DNA of 64,000 nucleotides, taken from assembly GCF_009914755.1 (NCBI RefSeq), contig NC_060947.1; one strand, written 5' to 3'. The notes under the pieces were generated by a model, which saw only the letters and a program-made list of their open reading frames with translations, did not search any database and had not been told where the DNA came from. Positions 61,159 to 64,000 of this stretch are shown here, in pieces. The DNA comes from the human T2T-CHM13v2.0 reference genome, Homo sapiens. The position numbers and the translations under genes were made by a program. Position 1 is the stretch's first letter, and each line of letters opens with the position of its first letter.

Positions 61159-62589
61159 ATTGTGTCTCATGTATGTCTAAAGGAAACCTCCACAAATATT
61201 TACTGAGTGTCTACCACGTGCATGGCAAAAAGCAGAGAAAGAAATTGAACGCATGGTGAAATGCTGGGACATCAAACCAGTCTTTGGGATGGTGGGAGGG
61301 GAAGAGCCCAGGGCACAGAGGAAAGGACATATCTGCTTGTCAGAGGCCAGCGCCCACAGGAGAAGGGGCCTACAACATGAAAGAAATTTGAGATGCCAGC
61401 TAGGGAGGCATTGGCCAGACCTGCTGTGCAAAAGCCAGGATGAGGTTATTCTTTTCCTTTGAGTAAGAGTTGAGAGCGGAGGAGGCAAGTTGAGAGGCCA
61501 AGGAGACCAGAAAAGGTTTGGGACAGGCTGTGGGCATGAATACAACCAAAGAATCAACAATAAATGAATAAAAGATTGTGGAGCTGCCTGCAGGGCTCCG
61601 GGGAAGTTAAGCTGCTGGGATTTATGCATTGGTTGATTATCCACTTTGTGCGCCACCCATAGTAAATATTCAACCCCAGGCAGCCGCCTCTGCACCTTCC
61701 CCACTCTTGGCCTGCTAGCCAATGTTCTGTCTCATTTATTTCTAACTTATGAGCAATCTAAGCAACAAATTATAAAGACAGAGCATACACACATAGGGTT
61801 TGCTGTTATAATTAAAATTTACAACAAAATTAATCTGACACATATTTAATGATATGCATAATTGTTATTGTACTGGGTGGCAATTAGGCATAAATTGTAA
61901 ACAGTTCACATAAATGCCTGTAATTAGAATTACTTCCACACAGTTAAACCAAATTCTTAGTTTCTTTCCTGAGTTTGTCAGCCCTTGTATATCCCTCATC
62001 TGCATCTACGTCAGCAGTGCAGATACTGAGTTGGTGTGAATCATCGCCTTCTTCAAGCACTTGTTACCATTAGAGAATAAAATCTGGGGTCTTTTTGCTC
62101 AACAGTTTCCTCTGGCTGCTACCCACAGGGCCCTCTCACCTTAAGTGCCCATGAAGAGCCAGCTCTCTCTCGTGGTATCCTCTGCCAACTCAGGGGGTGC
62201 TGCCTGTCCTCTCCAGAGGGATTTCAGATGGGGACAATGAGGAAAACCCTGGCTAGTGATGGTAACATAGGGGAGAAAATTAGCTCTGAATTTTAGGGGG
62301 CAGGTGGATCACAGGGCAAGAAAATGACTGAGTTCAGCATATAACCCCCTTCCCCCTGTTCCTGATCCTATGAAATGACTAATACTGTCATCTTTATGAA
62401 TGTCTTTAAGGGGATACATTCTCACTTAAAAGAAAACGCCATTTCATCCTAACCGTCAAAACATCGCTCCCTCCATTCCAATGAGGCTATTTCCTGAAAT
62501 GCCTTTAAACTCCAGATAGGTGTTGCTTTTACTTTGCCATTAAAAATAAATTTTAAAATCCCAAGGGAGCCAGCATATCAATAGGAATA

Positions 62590-62820
62590 CATACCTAAAC
62601 TTTAGAGTCAGATAGATCTAGATGCCACAACTTGCTAGCAGTACAATTTTGGTATTTACCCTTTCTAAACCTCAATTTCCTCATCTGTAAAATGGTGATA
62701 ATAATAGTGTCTATCCCATACAGCCATTGTGAAGATTTCATAGGATCACGTATATAAAACATTAGCACACAGCCTGGAGCATAGTAAAATTTCAGTAACT
62801 GTTGGATGCATTTATTACTA
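62590..62820 (+). mobile_element. MIR SINE
   Basis: cctcaatttcctcatctgtaaaatggtgataataatag. Confidence 0.88.
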
Positions 62821-63494
62821 TTGTGGCAATTGTTGCTTTTACCTGTAGCCTTAGCTTCCTCATTATTTTGATGGTCCCTTCATTTGTTTTCTTCTGTAGG
62901 AAGCAGAACTGCAGGAAATGTATGAAATGCTAGTGGTGAAATCTGGATGGTGAAGCCACCAATGACCTTAAATCAAACAGAACAGCACAGATGGCTCAGA
63001 CTCTCATCTATATTCGTATTTGTTAGAGGAAGGTTGGTGCTGACCTGGAACATGGCAAGACCTGGCATTAAGAGAAAACGGAAGCCAGGCCAGATGACAG
63101 ATGAAAATGATCATTAGAAACATTCATTTCATCACCAAAAATGTATTAGCAGAACCTCAGTGCCTTACCGATATAAGTGATTTAGGCAAGATATTTTAGA
63201 AGGGAAGAGAGCACATGTGAGTTAACATGTGCAACAGCATGACAAGGGCACTAATGGAGGGGTATCCTCAATACAGTGGTAACACCCAGGATGGAGGAAG
63301 TACTCCCTTCTGCTTGGGTGGTTCAGGGAAGCTTCTCTTTAGAGAAGCAAGTTTTGAAGTGAGTGTACAAATACACTAAATTGTATAATTTTTTTTAAGC
63401 CAGTGTTTGTCAAGAGGCATTTTCTCATACAGCTGAATTTTCTGAACTTACCTTGTGCCTCCTCAAATGACATGGATTTCATGGCCACTATCCC

Positions 63495-64000
63495 ACTTAC
63501 CATTCCTCCATAACAAGCCCCAAAATTAGTGGAATAAAACAATTGAATTATGCTCATGGATTCTATGGCTCAGGAATTTGGTCAGGTCATAGTGAGAATG
63601 GCTTATCTCTCTTTCACAATGTCGGGGACCACAACTTGGAAAATTTTGTGACTGGAGGGGACTTGACAGCCAGGAAGTGGGATCATCTAGAGGCATCTGT
63701 GCTCACATATCGGGCAGCTGATGCGGGTTGTTGCTGTTGCCCTCTGTTACTGTCCTGGTCATGCTCTATTGGTCAAAGCACAGCAATCCTTCTATATTAA
63801 AAAGGAGGGCACATAGATTCCACTTCTCAATGGGAAGAATATCAAAGAATTTGAAGATATGATATAGACCCTGTGGGCCTTAGATGGATATCACTTCTGT
63901 CTCCTTAGAGACTGTCAACTGGAACACCTCTACACAATTTGTCCATGTGACTTGGTCTTAACAGCATGGTGACTTCAGGGTAATTGGACTTCTTACGTGG
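63495..64000 (-). mobile_element. MLT1 (F/G/H-like) MaLR LTR sequence, runs off the window end
   Basis: ccccaaaattagtgg...tgctcatggattctatggctcaggaatttgg...ctattggtcaaagca. Confidence 0.82.

Noticed and set aside
61177-61722. 181-aa minus-strand ORF
   Set aside because: No domain similarity or splice structure recognised; likely a chance ORF.

Overview
Primate (most likely human) genomic DNA containing the complete IGSF1 gene on the minus strand. I reconstructed 19 coding exons by hand (ATG at 30777 to TAA at 17899; 4011 nt, 1336 aa: signal peptide, 5 Ig domains, TM, internal signal peptide, 7 Ig domains, TM, cytoplasmic tail). The gene also has a non-coding first exon in a GC/CpG-rich promoter (~33.0-33.65 kb) and poly(A) signals at ~17.64-17.66 kb. 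The flanks are mostly interspersed repeats (Alu, L1, L2, L3/CR1, MIR, MaLR LTRs, hAT MITEs) and microsatellites. The main hunt result is that the introns appear to hold a fossil record of IGSF1 arising by fusion of two tandem 7-Ig receptor genes. Dead Ig exons sit in intron 5 (paralog of Ig8) and intron 7 (paralog of Ig11), exactly where the N-terminal half lacks domains relative to the C-terminal half. Intron 9 holds a probable dead cytoplasmic-tail/3'UTR exon, a candidate residual promoter and an inverted Ig-exon fragment. Separately, an unusually well preserved, ancient-type stand-alone L1 ORF1 relic lies at 38.0-38.9 kb. Repeat boundaries and subfamily names are by eye and approximate. Whether the findings are already published could not be checked.
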